Assembly (NCBI GenBank): GCA_001001555.1
Contig: LCKS01000001.1
Coordinates: 18,360-80,065 of the forward strand
Direction: 5' to 3'
DNA length: 61,706 nucleotides
Origin: Candidatus Amesbacteria bacterium GW2011_GWC2_45_19
GTDB taxonomy: Bacteria > Patescibacteriota > Microgenomatia > CAZETR01 > Amesbacteraceae
Part shown: piece by piece, positions 35,661 through 45,827 of the stretch
Layout of the letters: the number at the start of each line of letters is the position of its first letter
Position numbering within the stretch: the stretch's first letter is position 1
Program-made: the position numbers and the translations under genes
The notes under the pieces: generated by a model
Seen by the model: the letters and a program-made list of their open reading frames with translations, nothing else
Told to the model about the DNA's origin: nothing
Database searches by the model: none

Positions 35661-36629
35661 ATGGACTTGAGCCAGTATAAGTGGGAGATAACCCCAGACA
35701 TCCAAAACAAGCTGCAAGAGGTAGAAGTTTTTAAGAAAGTATTTGAAAAACTACCCATACTTGAGTCTACAGCCAAAATAATCCGCCGCAGATCAATCTT
35801 AAACAGCGCAGTCTCCTCCGCTCAAATTGAAAGTATCCCCTCCACAATCCAATCTCCGCGGAAAGAAGGCAAAAATCTTCAAATGGCCTACGAGTGGATA
35901 TATTCTGGTCGGGACCTACCAGATTTATCCGTAAACATCATCAAGGATTTGCACGCCAGAGTAATGCGTGATTTATTCGGATCAGCAGGACAGCTACGTA
36001 TAGAACCTTGGGCGGTTTTTAACGAGGCTGGCATGGTTATTCATCTAGCCCCTCTTCACACCCGTCTTCCTAAGCTTATGCAAGAATACATAAGCTTTAT
36101 TAATAAGCTCTCAGACAACGCTTGCGTACAAGCAGCAGTCTCTCAGTTTATTTTTGAAAAAATTCATCCATTTGCAGATGGCAACGGCAGGACAGGCAGA
36201 CTGATATCTGCTTATGTACTACACCAGTTGGGCTTCAGCCTGAGCGGCCTGGTTCCGATAGAGAAGTATATAAACCAGCACCGCAGTTGGTATTATCGGA
36301 CACTGGAACCGAGTCATAATTGTACTGAATTCACCGTTTTTTTTATCGAGGCCATAATCACCCAAGCCAACCAAACCCTGGAAGAAATAAAGAACCCAGA
36401 TCTGGAAACGCCAGAGGGTAAATTATTACCCAGACGAAGGGAAGTATTTGAAACGATTAAGGATCACCCAGAAAGCACTTTTGATTTTTTACACCGGCGC
36501 TTTATTGGCTTAAATTCTCTGGTCCTTCATCGTGATTTACAGCATTTACAAAAAATCGGTCTTATCAAAAAACTGGGATCTACCCGTGGGGCTGTTTACG
36601 TTGCTGTCTCACCCGATCCAAGTGCGTAA
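35661..36629 (+). CDS. Fic-family protein (AMPylase-type)
   Basis: Start moved to MDLSQYKW. Canonical HPFADGNGRTGR motif and a C-terminal wHTH-like tail. Confidence 0.85.
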   Translation: MDLSQYKWEITPDIQNKLQEVEVFKKVFEKLPILESTAKIIRRRSILNSAVSSAQIESIPSTIQSPRKEGKNLQMAYEWIYSGRDLPDLSVNIIKDLHARVMRDLFGSAGQLRIEPWAVFNEAGMVIHLAPLHTRLPKLMQEYISFINKLSDNACVQAAVSQFIFEKIHPFADGNGRTGRLISAYVLHQLGFSLSGLVPIEKYINQHRSWYYRTLEPSHNCTEFTVFFIEAIITQANQTLEEIKNPDLETPEGKLLPRRREVFETIKDHPESTFDFLHRRFIGLNSLVLHRDLQHLQKIGLIKKLGSTRGAVYVAVSPDPSA

Positions 36630-38385
36630 GCAATTTTTTGCGCAGACGCAGGGAGTGCGGAGTAATTTCTAAAAGTTCATCGTCTTCAATAAAATCTAAA
36701 GCCTGCTCAATACTCATCACCAGTGGAGGAGTTAGTCCGACTTTAATCTCCTTTACCGACTGGCGCATATTGGTCAGGTTCTTTTCCTTCGTTACTGAGA
36801 TTTCCATATCATTCTCTCGGCTGTTTAATCCCACAACCATGCCCTCGTACACTTCGGTTCCCGGGCCCACAAACAATATGCCCCTCTCCCAGGCGTTTTC
36901 CAGGGAGTAGTTGGACGCTTTTCCCCGGTCAAATGAAACTAGCACTCCGTTACGTAGTTTTTCCAGCGCTTCTCCCGCTGCCTTATACCCCAAGCTCAAA
37001 GTATTAAATAGTACCGTGCCTTTGGTTTGAGTCAGGAGGATATTTCTAGCCCCCATCAAATTTCTCTGGGAAATTTCATACACCATGCGGGTATTTCCTT
37101 GCCCCTCGGCTGTCATGTCCACCAGCATGGCCCGCCGGCGTCCCATTTCTGTAGTCACCGCCCCCACACGTTCATCTGGTACATCAATGGTCACTTCTTC
37201 ATAAGGTTCTGTTTTATCTTTCAAAATTACTTCCGGTTTAGAAACTTGTATTTCGTACCCTTCCCGGCGCATGGTTTCCAGGAGTATTGCCAAATGCAAC
37301 TCTCCCCGTCCCACCACTTCGAAACTTCCTCCGCCAATCTCCCTGATGCGCAGTCCCAGATTCTTCTCCTTTTCCAGTTCCAATCTCTCTCCTAACTGCC
37401 GGCTGGTGACAAACTTGCCGTCTTTTCCGGCAAACGGGGAAGTATTGGCCCCCAGCGTTATTCTCAAAGTGGGTTCGTCTATTTTCATTTGCGGCAGGGC
37501 CTCCGGGTTGGCCGGATCAGCTATAGTTTGGCCAATTTCAATATTTGGTGCTCCGGCAATTCCCACGATGTCTCCTGCTACTGCTTCTTCTACTGGCACC
37601 CGTTTGATTCCCTGGCTAACGAACAATTTTTCTACTCGAAATGTCCCCAGTTTTTTCTCTGGTGTCAATTGAACAACATTTTTACCCGTAGCTAACTTTC
37701 CCCGCCTGATTCTCCCAATGCCGATTTTTCCCAAATGCGGATCGTAATCCAGTGTGGACACCAGCATTTGCCCTGGTTCTTCCAGGTTCTGTACGGCATT
37801 CGGGACTTCCGCGAGAATCAAATCAAACAACGCGCTCAGGTCGGTCCCTACGCGATTAAGGTCGGACCCTGAACGCCCCTCCCGGCCTATCGCGTATATC
37901 ACCGGAAAGTCTAAATGTTTGTGGTGAGTGGCTAACTTCAAAAATAATTCCTCAGTTTGCGCCAGCACCTCTTTGGGTCTGGCGTCTTTGCGGTCGATCT
38001 TGTTAATCACCACAATAATTTTTAATCCGGCTTCCAGGGCCTTTTTAAGCACAAATCTGGTTTGAGGCAAAGGTCCTTCGGCCGCGTCCACAATTAACAG
38101 GGCCGCGTCCGCCATGTTTAACACCCGTTCCACTTCGCCGCCAAAATCTGCGTGCCCCGGAGTATCGATGATGTTTATTTTTACTCCTTTATAAGAAACT
38201 GCCGTGTTTTTAGCCAAAATCGTGATGCCCTTTTCTCGTTCCAGGGGATTAGTATCCAAAATGGTCGTTTGGCTCATTTCCGCTTCATTGGCCCGGAAAG
38301 TATGGGTCTGCTTCAGCATCCCATCCACCAGAGTTGTCTTTCCGTGATCCACGTGGGCTATAATAGCGATATTACGTATGTCCAT
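36580..38385 (-). CDS. typA: translational GTPase TypA/BipA
   Basis: 601 aa. [22 protein letters not shown], and EF-G-like domains. Confidence 0.95.
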   Translation of the reverse strand: MDIRNIAIIAHVDHGKTTLVDGMLKQTHTFRANEAEMSQTTILDTNPLEREKGITILAKNTAVSYKGVKINIIDTPGHADFGGEVERVLNMADAALLIVDAAEGPLPQTRFVLKKALEAGLKIIVVINKIDRKDARPKEVLAQTEELFLKLATHHKHLDFPVIYAIGREGRSGSDLNRVGTDLSALFDLILAEVPNAVQNLEEPGQMLVSTLDYDPHLGKIGIGRIRRGKLATGKNVVQLTPEKKLGTFRVEKLFVSQGIKRVPVEEAVAGDIVGIAGAPNIEIGQTIADPANPEALPQMKIDEPTLRITLGANTSPFAGKDGKFVTSRQLGERLELEKEKNLGLRIREIGGGSFEVVGRGELHLAILLETMRREGYEIQVSKPEVILKDKTEPYEEVTIDVPDERVGAVTTEMGRRRAMLVDMTAEGQGNTRMVYEISQRNLMGARNILLTQTKGTVLFNTLSLGYKAAGEALEKLRNGVLVSFDRGKASNYSLENAWERGILFVGPGTEVYEGMVVGLNSRENDMEISVTKEKNLTNMRQSVKEIKVGLTPPLVMSIEQALDFIEDDELLEITPHSLRLRKKLLTHLDRVRQQRKQPHG

Positions 38386-38878
38386 AAACGCGGATTATAG
38401 CTCAAAAATCCTGCACTTTCTTCTCAAAAGAAGCGGTGGAGACTACGAAGCCGCCCGCGAGGCCGTGCAGGAAACTTGGGTAGCCGCTCTCAAGTCATAT
38501 CGTACTTTCCGCCATAAAAGCAGCTATTTTACTTGGCTGTGCAAAATCGCCCTTAATAAACTGGCCGATTATTACCGCGGCCAAGTCCGTCACCAATCCC
38601 ATTTTGTAGTTCCGGCGGTAGAAAAGTTTAACTCCATTTTTGATCCTTCCCTCTCTCCAGATGAAAAAGTTGCCTTAGACGAATTGCGGGCCAAGGTTAA
38701 CGCTTGCCTTAATCTTCTCCCATCCGAATATCGCCAACTCCTGCAACTCCGTTACTATGAGCAACTGACAAATCGGGAAATTTGTCTCCGGCTCAAGCTT
38801 TCGGCTAGATCTCTCGAAGGCAAGCTTTACCGGGCCCGCAAAGCTTTCAGCCTATATTTCACAATCGCCAAGGCCTGA
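38378..38878 (+). CDS. ECF-type sigma-70 family factor (short N-terminus; start uncertain)
   Basis: 166 aa. Region 2 (ETWVAALKSYRTFRHKSSYFTWLCKIALNKLADYYR) and region 4 (LPSEYRQLLQLRYYEQLTNREICLRL). The ATG overlaps the typA start head-to-head. Confidence 0.6.
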   Translation: MSINADYSSKILHFLLKRSGGDYEAAREAVQETWVAALKSYRTFRHKSSYFTWLCKIALNKLADYYRGQVRHQSHFVVPAVEKFNSIFDPSLSPDEKVALDELRAKVNACLNLLPSEYRQLLQLRYYEQLTNREICLRLKLSARSLEGKLYRARKAFSLYFTIAKA

Positions 38879-40356
38879 TTCAAAATCTCATTTGCCGGTA
38901 ACTTTTTCAACGCCTCAATTAAAAATTTTTCCGTCTCCTCGTCTTTGTCTAACTTCAGTTTAACCACGGCCAAGTTCTCATAAGCCAGATAATAATCCGC
39001 TCTTTCCAAACCTTGCTCATACAAAGATTTAGCGGTTTGTAAATCTCCTCCCCGCTGGTAAATCGCCCCCAAATTGTTATAAGCAAACCACCACCTGGGC
39101 TGCAGTTTTATAGACTTTTCAAAATGTCCTCTGGCCTCGTCTAATTTTCCGATTCTAAACAGTTCTACGCCATAATTATTTTCCAATTCATAACTAGGCG
39201 GAGAATCTTTTATGGCCCTGCCGTACAAAATCAAACCATTCTTCCAATCTCGATTTCGGGCCATAGTTCTGATTCCTAAACCCAGGACGATGATTATCAG
39301 TCCGTACACACAATATTTACCCAGTTTTGTTATTGGATACAAAATTAAACCAATCACTCCAATCATAGGGAAATACAGCCATGTTTCGTCAATAGTTCCG
39401 TCCAACGGATAAATATTTAATACCGCCCCCAAAGACAACCCCATCCACATCACCCCAAACCAATATTTTTTAGATCTATATTTAAGGCCCAGCCACAGCA
39501 GACTTCCGGTCAGGCCTATCATTATCAATCCCCATCCCCAAAATCTGGGGTCTTGCCAATTCTCGACCACCCAATGCTGGGAGATTGTCAATTTGGCCGG
39601 CCAGAATACCAGTCTCAGGTAGTTCCCCAGTTCCGCAGGGACCGTCATCAGTCTTTGGGCCAAAGTAGCCTGGGTAATCGGGGCCAAGTCCAGTTTGGGA
39701 ATGCTAATTCCTGCTGCCAGCCGCAGTATTAAATACGCTCCAACCGCTATCAAAACGGCCGTTGCTCCAACCCCTCTCTGGTTCTTTTTACCAAACCACC
39801 ATCCATAGATTAAAACAATTGGCACGGCGGCGATAGCCGACTCCTTGCTAAGCAGCGCCAACCACACACTAATTCCCACTGTCCAATTCCTTCCCCACGC
39901 CCACAGCGAGACAAGGATAAATAAGGTGTACAGAGCGTCTCCGGCGCTGGCTGCATACACTACGGTTTTAGATATTCCTGGGTGCACCGCAAACAGCAGT
40001 CCTCCCCAACCGGCCCACTTTTCTTCCATCCATCTGGCCAGCAATTTATATATCAATACCGCGCTCATCAGGTGGATCGCTATTTGAGCCAAGTGGTATC
40101 CCCAGGCATGCAGTTTAAATACCGAGTACACCAGCATGTAATAGACAGTTACTACCGGCCGGTAAAACCCCTTAGCCAATCCGGCCCCGCCGGAATAAAA
40201 AGTTCCGGCTCCAAACGCCTGCCCGATATTGCCCACTGATCTGATGATGGGATTATTTACTATTTGCTCTTCGTCGTCCCACACAAACCCATTAAACAAG
40301 CTGTTAAAATAAACTATCATCCCCGCTGCCAAAATAATTAAAATCCATTTGCTCAT
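38827..40356 (-). CDS. polytopic GT-C-like (PMT_2/ArnT-type) membrane protein with C-terminal TPR repeats
   Basis: Start moved to MSKWILIIL. About 11 TM helices, then TPR motifs (AYNNLGAIYQRGGDLQTAKSLYEQGLE..). Confidence 0.6.
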   Translation of the reverse strand: MSKWILIILAAGMIVYFNSLFNGFVWDDEEQIVNNPIIRSVGNIGQAFGAGTFYSGGAGLAKGFYRPVVTVYYMLVYSVFKLHAWGYHLAQIAIHLMSAVLIYKLLARWMEEKWAGWGGLLFAVHPGISKTVVYAASAGDALYTLFILVSLWAWGRNWTVGISVWLALLSKESAIAAVPIVLIYGWWFGKKNQRGVGATAVLIAVGAYLILRLAAGISIPKLDLAPITQATLAQRLMTVPAELGNYLRLVFWPAKLTISQHWVVENWQDPRFWGWGLIMIGLTGSLLWLGLKYRSKKYWFGVMWMGLSLGAVLNIYPLDGTIDETWLYFPMIGVIGLILYPITKLGKYCVYGLIIIVLGLGIRTMARNRDWKNGLILYGRAIKDSPPSYELENNYGVELFRIGKLDEARGHFEKSIKLQPRWWFAYNNLGAIYQRGGDLQTAKSLYEQGLERADYYLAYENLAVVKLKLDKDEETEKFLIEALKKLPANEILNQALAIVKYRLKALRAR

Positions 40357-40965
40357 ATGAAACATCTTACCGCATCCATAGCCCATCTTAAAAAAGACCC
40401 GGTTTTAAAAGCCCTAATTGATCAGTTTGGCCCCATAAACTATAAACCTCCCTCGGACCGCTTTACTAACTTAGTCAGTGAAATCATAGGCCAGCAACTT
40501 TCAAGCAAAGCCGCGGATACCATTTACAGCCGATTTTTGACTCTTTTCCCAAACAAAAAATTCACCCCCAAACTTATCTTGGACCTACCCTTGGAAAAAT
40601 TACGTGGTATCGGTACTTCTTGGGCTAAGGCCAGATCTTTACATGATCTTTCTCAAAAAATTCTGGACAAAACCATTCAACTGGACAAATTGGATTCGTT
40701 ATCTGATGAAGAAGTAATTACGCATCTTACCCAAGTCAAAGGCATTGGCCGCTGGACTGCCGAAATGAAACTGATGTTTACTCTACAGCGCCCCGATATT
40801 CTTCCCCTAGACGACGTGGGTATCCAAAACGCCTTTGTTAAACACTACGGCCTCAACCGCAAACATAAAAATTTGCAAAAAAAAATGCTCAAAATAGGGG
40901 AATCTTGGCATCCCTATCGCACAGTAGCTTGTTGGTATTTGTGGAAAAGCCTGGATAATAAGTAG
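40357..40965 (+). CDS. DNA-3-methyladenine glycosylase II-like (HhH-GPD)
   Basis: 202 aa. IIGQQLSSKAA, LTQVKGIGRWTAEM, PLDDVG. Confidence 0.75.
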   Translation: MKHLTASIAHLKKDPVLKALIDQFGPINYKPPSDRFTNLVSEIIGQQLSSKAADTIYSRFLTLFPNKKFTPKLILDLPLEKLRGIGTSWAKARSLHDLSQKILDKTIQLDKLDSLSDEEVITHLTQVKGIGRWTAEMKLMFTLQRPDILPLDDVGIQNAFVKHYGLNRKHKNLQKKMLKIGESWHPYRTVACWYLWKSLDNK

Positions 40966-40978
40966 TAAAACCATCCCC

Positions 40979-42001
40979 ATGTCAGATAAAGTTAAACAAT
41001 TAGCCCCTATTATCTGGTCCGAAATTCAAAAAGCGAAACATATCTTATTTCACTGCCATCCCGGCCCAGATGGGGATAGTATAGGAGGAGCATTGGGAAT
41101 GATGCATACACTTCGGAACATTGGAAAAGAGGTCACTGTCATTATGGGAGATTCAGAACCCCCACCCACGCTTGCTTATTTACCAGGATTTGATCAGATA
41201 GTTATTAATAATTGGTCTGAATTAGATTTATCCAAATATGATCTTTTTATTAGTCAAGACTCTTCTGATTTAAGCCAAATCACCAAAAAGATGGAGGTCA
41301 AATTCCCAAATCATATGCGAGTAGCGGTCATAGACCACCATGACACAAATAGGGGATATGGACACGTGAATTTAATTGAACCTCTGTATCCATCTGTCTG
41401 TCAAATCGATTATGAACTGTGTAAAGAATGGGATATTGAAATACCCCTCGATGGAGCTGCGTGCTTTTTTGTAGGTATATATACAGATACGGGGGGGTTT
41501 AAATACCCAGCCACTTCCCCTGGTACATTTGAGGCAGCAGCAGATTTAGTATCCATATATCCTGATTTTCATAAACTTATTTTCATGCTAGAGAACAACC
41601 ATGAACCCGAACAAATTAAGTTTATTGGTTTGGCCTTGTCGAAGATCGAACTTTATTTTGAAGGAAAGGTAGCCATTTCAGCCGTACCTTATGAAGAGCT
41701 TAAAAAGCAGGGTATACAGGAAGTTCATACAGAAAAAGCTCAAGTTTCAGAAATGCTCAAATCGGTTAAGGGTTGGGAAATAGGGGTGAGATTTACAGAA
41801 GCCGAGCCAGGGGTTGTCACTATAAGTATTCGTACTAGAGATGCAAATAAATACGACGTAAGTAAAATTGCAGTGGCAACAGGATTTGGAGGAGGACACA
41901 TGTATGCCGCCGGAGCTACTTTTAAAATGCCATTTAACCAAGCAAAAAAACACCTTTTGCAAACCATTCAAAAAGTCTACCCCGACCTTGGCCAACCGTG
42001 A
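40979..42001 (+). CDS. nrnA: DHH/DHHA1 phosphoesterase (NrnA-type oligoribonuclease/pAp phosphatase)
   Basis: 340 aa. HCHPGPDGDSIG, VIDHHDTN, GFGGGHMYAAG. Confidence 0.75.
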   Translation: MSDKVKQLAPIIWSEIQKAKHILFHCHPGPDGDSIGGALGMMHTLRNIGKEVTVIMGDSEPPPTLAYLPGFDQIVINNWSELDLSKYDLFISQDSSDLSQITKKMEVKFPNHMRVAVIDHHDTNRGYGHVNLIEPLYPSVCQIDYELCKEWDIEIPLDGAACFFVGIYTDTGGFKYPATSPGTFEAAADLVSIYPDFHKLIFMLENNHEPEQIKFIGLALSKIELYFEGKVAISAVPYEELKKQGIQEVHTEKAQVSEMLKSVKGWEIGVRFTEAEPGVVTISIRTRDANKYDVSKIAVATGFGGGHMYAAGATFKMPFNQAKKHLLQTIQKVYPDLGQP

Positions 42002-42037
42002 TAGTACAGGAGTTGATATAGGGTATATAATTAACGT

Positions 42038-42307
42038 ATGACAAAGAAAATCGTACAAAAAGTTTTAAGGTACAACGCCGTATTTGAGCCTTGCGAAGAG
42101 GGAGGTTTTACTGTGACTGTTCCCAAGCTCCCCGGTGTGGTTACCGAAGGAGATACTTTTGAACAGGCGGCGGCGAATGTAAAAGATGCTATCGAAGGAT
42201 ATCTCTTAGTTCTTCAAGAAGACGGAGAAAATGTTCCTGAGCCGGATGCCGAGAGTTTCACTGCCCCCATTGACATCGACCTCTCAAAATTAAGGTTTGC
42301 CGTCTAA
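42038..42307 (+). CDS. hicB: HicB-family antitoxin
   Basis: 89 aa. YNAVFEPCEEGGFTVTVPKLPGVVTEGDTFEQAAANVKDAIEGYL. Confidence 0.75.
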   Translation: MTKKIVQKVLRYNAVFEPCEEGGFTVTVPKLPGVVTEGDTFEQAAANVKDAIEGYLLVLQEDGENVPEPDAESFTAPIDIDLSKLRFAV

Positions 42308-42310
42308 AAC

Positions 42311-42514
42311 ATGTCCCGACTGCCCAGTCTCAAGCCCAGGGAAGTGCTGAAAATTTTACGTCAGAATGGTTTTGTAGAGAAAAGACAGGTTGGGAGCCAC
42401 AGGCAGCTTTTTCACCCAGCAAGTAAATTACGCGTAACCGTACCAATTCATAACCGGGATTTGAAACGCAAGACGTTAATTAGTATCCTTAGACAGGCAA
42501 AGGTAGATATATAA
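42311..42514 (+). CDS. hicA: HicA-family toxin
   Basis: 67 aa. LKPREVLKILRQNGFVEKRQVGSHRQLFHP. Confidence 0.75.
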   Translation: MSRLPSLKPREVLKILRQNGFVEKRQVGSHRQLFHPASKLRVTVPIHNRDLKRKTLISILRQAKVDI

Positions 42515-42518
42515 GCAT

Positions 42519-42863
42519 ATGTTTGGATTTTTATTTAAGGTGGCTTTTGTTGCCGTGCTGGTGGTCGGGGTGTATGGATATGTTTCTATGAAGAGGGGAT
42601 CGATGCCCAAAATCCCCACTTCTCTGTCCGAAATCAAATCTCAAATTAAGATTCCGGCTATTCCTGCCATTAACCCATCTCAGGCTGGCAAAGTGATTAG
42701 CGATACCCTGGACGCTTTCGTTACCCACCCCGGCCGGAACTTAGGCCCGGTAGTTTTGGGCGTCAGGGTGACCAACGAAAGTTTGGGAGTCATTACTGAC
42801 ACTCTTCTGAAGCTCAAACCCGACCAGCTTCAGCAAATCAGAAACGTCGTCTGTCAACCATGA
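42519..42863 (+). CDS. hypothetical membrane-anchored protein
   Basis: 114 aa. One N-terminal TM helix. ATGA overlap with prfB. Confidence 0.4.
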   Translation: MFGFLFKVAFVAVLVVGVYGYVSMKRGSMPKIPTSLSEIKSQIKIPAIPAINPSQAGKVISDTLDAFVTHPGRNLGPVVLGVRVTNESLGVITDTLLKLKPDQLQQIRNVVCQP

Positions 42864-43894
42864 CCGATATTGAATCTCAACTGGACGACCTTTCGGCCCG
42901 CCTGGAAAAAATTAAAATTAAACTGGATCCTGATCAGCGCGCCGAGCAAATCCGCGAGTTGGAAGCCAAATCGTCCCAACCGGATTTCTGGTCTGATCAA
43001 CTAGCCGCTCAAGCGGCCATGAAGCGTTTGTCTGCATTGCAAAAAGAAGAAGATGAAATAAACCAGCTGGCCGGGGAGATTGCCCGGGGCAGTGACCTGC
43101 AGAAAATTTCCCAAAAATTGGCCAAGCTGGAAATTAAGACTTTCTTAAATGGCCCTTATGATAATCACAACGCTATTTTGTCTATTCACGCTGGTCAAGG
43201 GGGCACCGAAGCTATGGACTGGGCCTCTATGCTTCTGCGCATGTATTTGAGATTCTGCCAAAATCGGGGTTGGGATGTAGAAATAGTGGACCAAGCCCCG
43301 GGAGAAGAAGCCGGATTAAAGTCTGTAACCGTAACTGTAACCGGTTCATATGCCTACGGCTATCTGATTGGGGAGCGGGGGACACACAGGCTGGTCCGTC
43401 AATCGCCCTTCAACGCCGACGCTCTGCGCCAGACCTCCTTTGCCCTGGTAGAAATTTTGCCGGAGTTGGAAGAGTCGGACGCCGGCGACATCGTATTAAA
43501 GTCCGACGACGTCCAGTTTGAAGCCTACCGGGCCACCGGTCACGGCGGCCAGAATGTGAACAAAGTTTCTACTGCCGTCAGGCTGACTCACAAACCCACC
43601 GGCATTTCAGTAGCCTGCCAAACTCAGCGCTTTCAGGAGCAAAATAGAAAAATTGCTTTGTCTCTTCTCAAAGCCAAGTTGTGGCAGCTGGAACAGGAAA
43701 AGAAAACCGCCGAGACCAAAAAACTAAAAGGCGTATACAAAACCGCTTCTTGGAGTAATCAAATCCGCTCCTATGTTCTCCATCCCTATAAGTTGGTCAA
43801 GGACTTGCGTACTGGAGTGGAAACTTCCCGGGCAGAAGCTGTGTTGAACGGGGACCTGGACGAATTCATCGACGCCGAGGTTATGCTATACTAA
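42860..43894 (+). CDS. prfB: peptide chain release factor 2 (single uninterrupted frame)
   Basis: 344 aa. SPF (RQSPFNA) and GGQ (GHGGQNVNK) motifs. Confidence 0.95.
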   Translation: MTDIESQLDDLSARLEKIKIKLDPDQRAEQIRELEAKSSQPDFWSDQLAAQAAMKRLSALQKEEDEINQLAGEIARGSDLQKISQKLAKLEIKTFLNGPYDNHNAILSIHAGQGGTEAMDWASMLLRMYLRFCQNRGWDVEIVDQAPGEEAGLKSVTVTVTGSYAYGYLIGERGTHRLVRQSPFNADALRQTSFALVEILPELEESDAGDIVLKSDDVQFEAYRATGHGGQNVNKVSTAVRLTHKPTGISVACQTQRFQEQNRKIALSLLKAKLWQLEQEKKTAETKKLKGVYKTASWSNQIRSYVLHPYKLVKDLRTGVETSRAEAVLNGDLDEFIDAEVMLY

Positions 43895-43898
43895 GGCC

Positions 43899-44294
43899 AT
43901 GTCCCTTTCCCCTAAAGTTTGGCTGTCTGTACTTATTGTTCTCATCGTACTTTTGGGTATAGGAGCCGGTTATTTACTCTTCCGCGCTTCTCCTCCCCAG
44001 ATCGCGGGCACCACCACTGGAGCCATGATCAAAACCGCTACCGAAGTCGGTTCCACCGATACCAAAACTTTTCGCGATTCCGCAGCCGGTATTCTCAAGA
44101 AAGACGGGTTGAATGGAGAGGGTACGCATCATCTAGTGCTGGACAGCAACCCCAAAAATTCTGCGTATCTCATTTCTTCAGTCGTCGACCTGGACGAATT
44201 TGTGGATAAGCACGTCGAAATTTGGGGAGAGACATTCAAAGGTTCTAAAGCTCCTTGGCTCATGGATGTGGGCCGCGTCAAAATTATCGAGTAA
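43899..44294 (+). CDS. hypothetical membrane-anchored protein
   Basis: 131 aa. An N-terminal TM helix followed by a soluble domain. Confidence 0.4.
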   Translation: MSLSPKVWLSVLIVLIVLLGIGAGYLLFRASPPQIAGTTTGAMIKTATEVGSTDTKTFRDSAAGILKKDGLNGEGTHHLVLDSNPKNSAYLISSVVDLDEFVDKHVEIWGETFKGSKAPWLMDVGRVKIIE

Positions 44295-44299
44295 AGCAC

Positions 44300-44956
44300 A
44301 TGATTTCTGCCCAAAAACTCACCAAAAAATTCGGTAATATCCTGGCTTTGGACGCCGTTAGTTTTGATATTGCCCCGGGGGAATTCGTTTTTCTTACTGG
44401 CCCGTCCGGCTCCGGTAAAACCACCGTTTTGCGCTTAATCATGCGCGATCTCAAACCGGACGCCGGTAAACTGGTGCTTTTTGGCCCGGCCAAAATTCAC
44501 GAGTACCGCCGCACTATTGGTACCGTTTTTCAGGATTTTAAACTTCTTTTGGACAGAAATGTTTATGAAAATACCGCTCTCCCTCTGGAAATTATGGGCG
44601 CCGCCGCGGTGGATATTGACAAAGCGGTCAAAAAAGCCCTTGAGCTAATGGGTCTTACTGCCCGGACTGACCTTTTCCCGGCTCAGCTTTCCGGCGGGGA
44701 GCTGCAGCGGGCCGCTTTGGCCCGGGCCATTGTCGCCCGCCCCAAACTTATTCTGGCCGATGAGCCCACCGGTAATTTAGACCCCAAGACCGCCCGGGCC
44801 ATCGTCAACCTCCTCACTACTCTCCACTCACAACTCCAGACCACAATTATCATGGCCACTCACAACGCAGATATTGTTAACCACCTGGACCGGCGGGTTA
44901 TTTCTCTGGACGCCGGTAAAGTTATTAAAGACACCCCCAAAGGCAAATATGATTAA
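44300..44956 (+). CDS. ftsE: cell-division ABC ATPase FtsE
   Basis: Start moved to [40 protein letters not shown]. Confidence 0.9.
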   Translation: MISAQKLTKKFGNILALDAVSFDIAPGEFVFLTGPSGSGKTTVLRLIMRDLKPDAGKLVLFGPAKIHEYRRTIGTVFQDFKLLLDRNVYENTALPLEIMGAAAVDIDKAVKKALELMGLTARTDLFPAQLSGGELQRAALARAIVARPKLILADEPTGNLDPKTARAIVNLLTTLHSQLQTTIIMATHNADIVNHLDRRVISLDAGKVIKDTPKGKYD

Positions 44957-45827
44957 ACATCTCCCGCTGGCTTGGCAGCGCATCCGCCGCTCACCGTATC
45001 AAGCTTTGGCTGCCGTTTCTATTATGACCATGTCCCTCTTTTTGGGCAGTGTATTTTTTTTGCTGGCCGCCGGTTCCCAAGCCGTTCTGACTTATTTTGA
45101 GACCCGTCCTCAAGTCAACGCTTTTTTCAAATCTGACCTGGTTCCTACTCCCCAAGCCGTAGATCTCATTAAGACCAACCTACAAGCGACTAACCTGGTT
45201 GCAGATGTGAAATATATTTCTAAAGAAGAAGCCCTCAAACTTTACAAAGAACTCAACAAATCAGATCCGCTGCTTCTGGAGGCCGTCACCGCCAACATGC
45301 TCCCGGCTTCCATTGAGGTCTCAGCCAAAAACCCGGCCGACCTCAAGCCCATCGCCGAACTGCTTAAAGTCCAACCGGATATTGATGACGTCCGTTTTGC
45401 CGAAGACATCGTTTCCCAGCTGGCTAAATGGACCAGTTCCGTCCGCCTCATCGGCTTCTCTTTGGTCGGTTCTCATCTGATCATCACTTTCATCATTATC
45501 CTTCTCATAATTAGCATCAAAGTGGCCAACCGCCGGGACGAAATTGTTCTTCACGAACTGCTGGGGGCCACTTCGGGTTACATCAGCACCCCTTTCGTTT
45601 GGGAAGGAATTATTTATGGAGTTACCGGCGCTTTTATCGCTTGGGGCGTCTCCTATCTAATTTTGCTGTACAGCACCCCCTTTTTAGCGGGCTTCTTAGC
45701 CGGTATTCCCATTTTGCCCGTCTCTCTTTGGTTCATGTTCTCCCTCTTGGGTGGGGAATTGCTTTTGGGCGCCGTCATAGGTGCAGTTGGAGGATTTCTG
45801 GCTGTCCGGCGGTTCCTAAAAGTATGA
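44949..45827 (+). CDS. ftsX: cell-division permease-like protein FtsX
   Basis: Start moved to [14 protein letters not shown], overlapping the ftsE stop. Four TM helices plus an extracytoplasmic loop domain. Confidence 0.85.
   Translation: MIKHLPLAWQRIRRSPYQALAAVSIMTMSLFLGSVFFLLAAGSQAVLTYFETRPQVNAFFKSDLVPTPQAVDLIKTNLQATNLVADVKYISKEEALKLYKELNKSDPLLLEAVTANMLPASIEVSAKNPADLKPIAELLKVQPDIDDVRFAEDIVSQLAKWTSSVRLIGFSLVGSHLIITFIIILLIISIKVANRRDEIVLHELLGATSGYISTPFVWEGIIYGVTGAFIAWGVSYLILLYSTPFLAGFLAGIPILPVSLWFMFSLLGGELLLGAVIGAVGGFLAVRRFLKV

Noticed and set aside
42860-43894. Programmed +1 frameshift in prfB.
   Set aside because: The RF2 frame is continuous from the ATG through the region where the CUU UGA C shift site normally lies (..KIKLDPDQ..). 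There is no in-frame stop.
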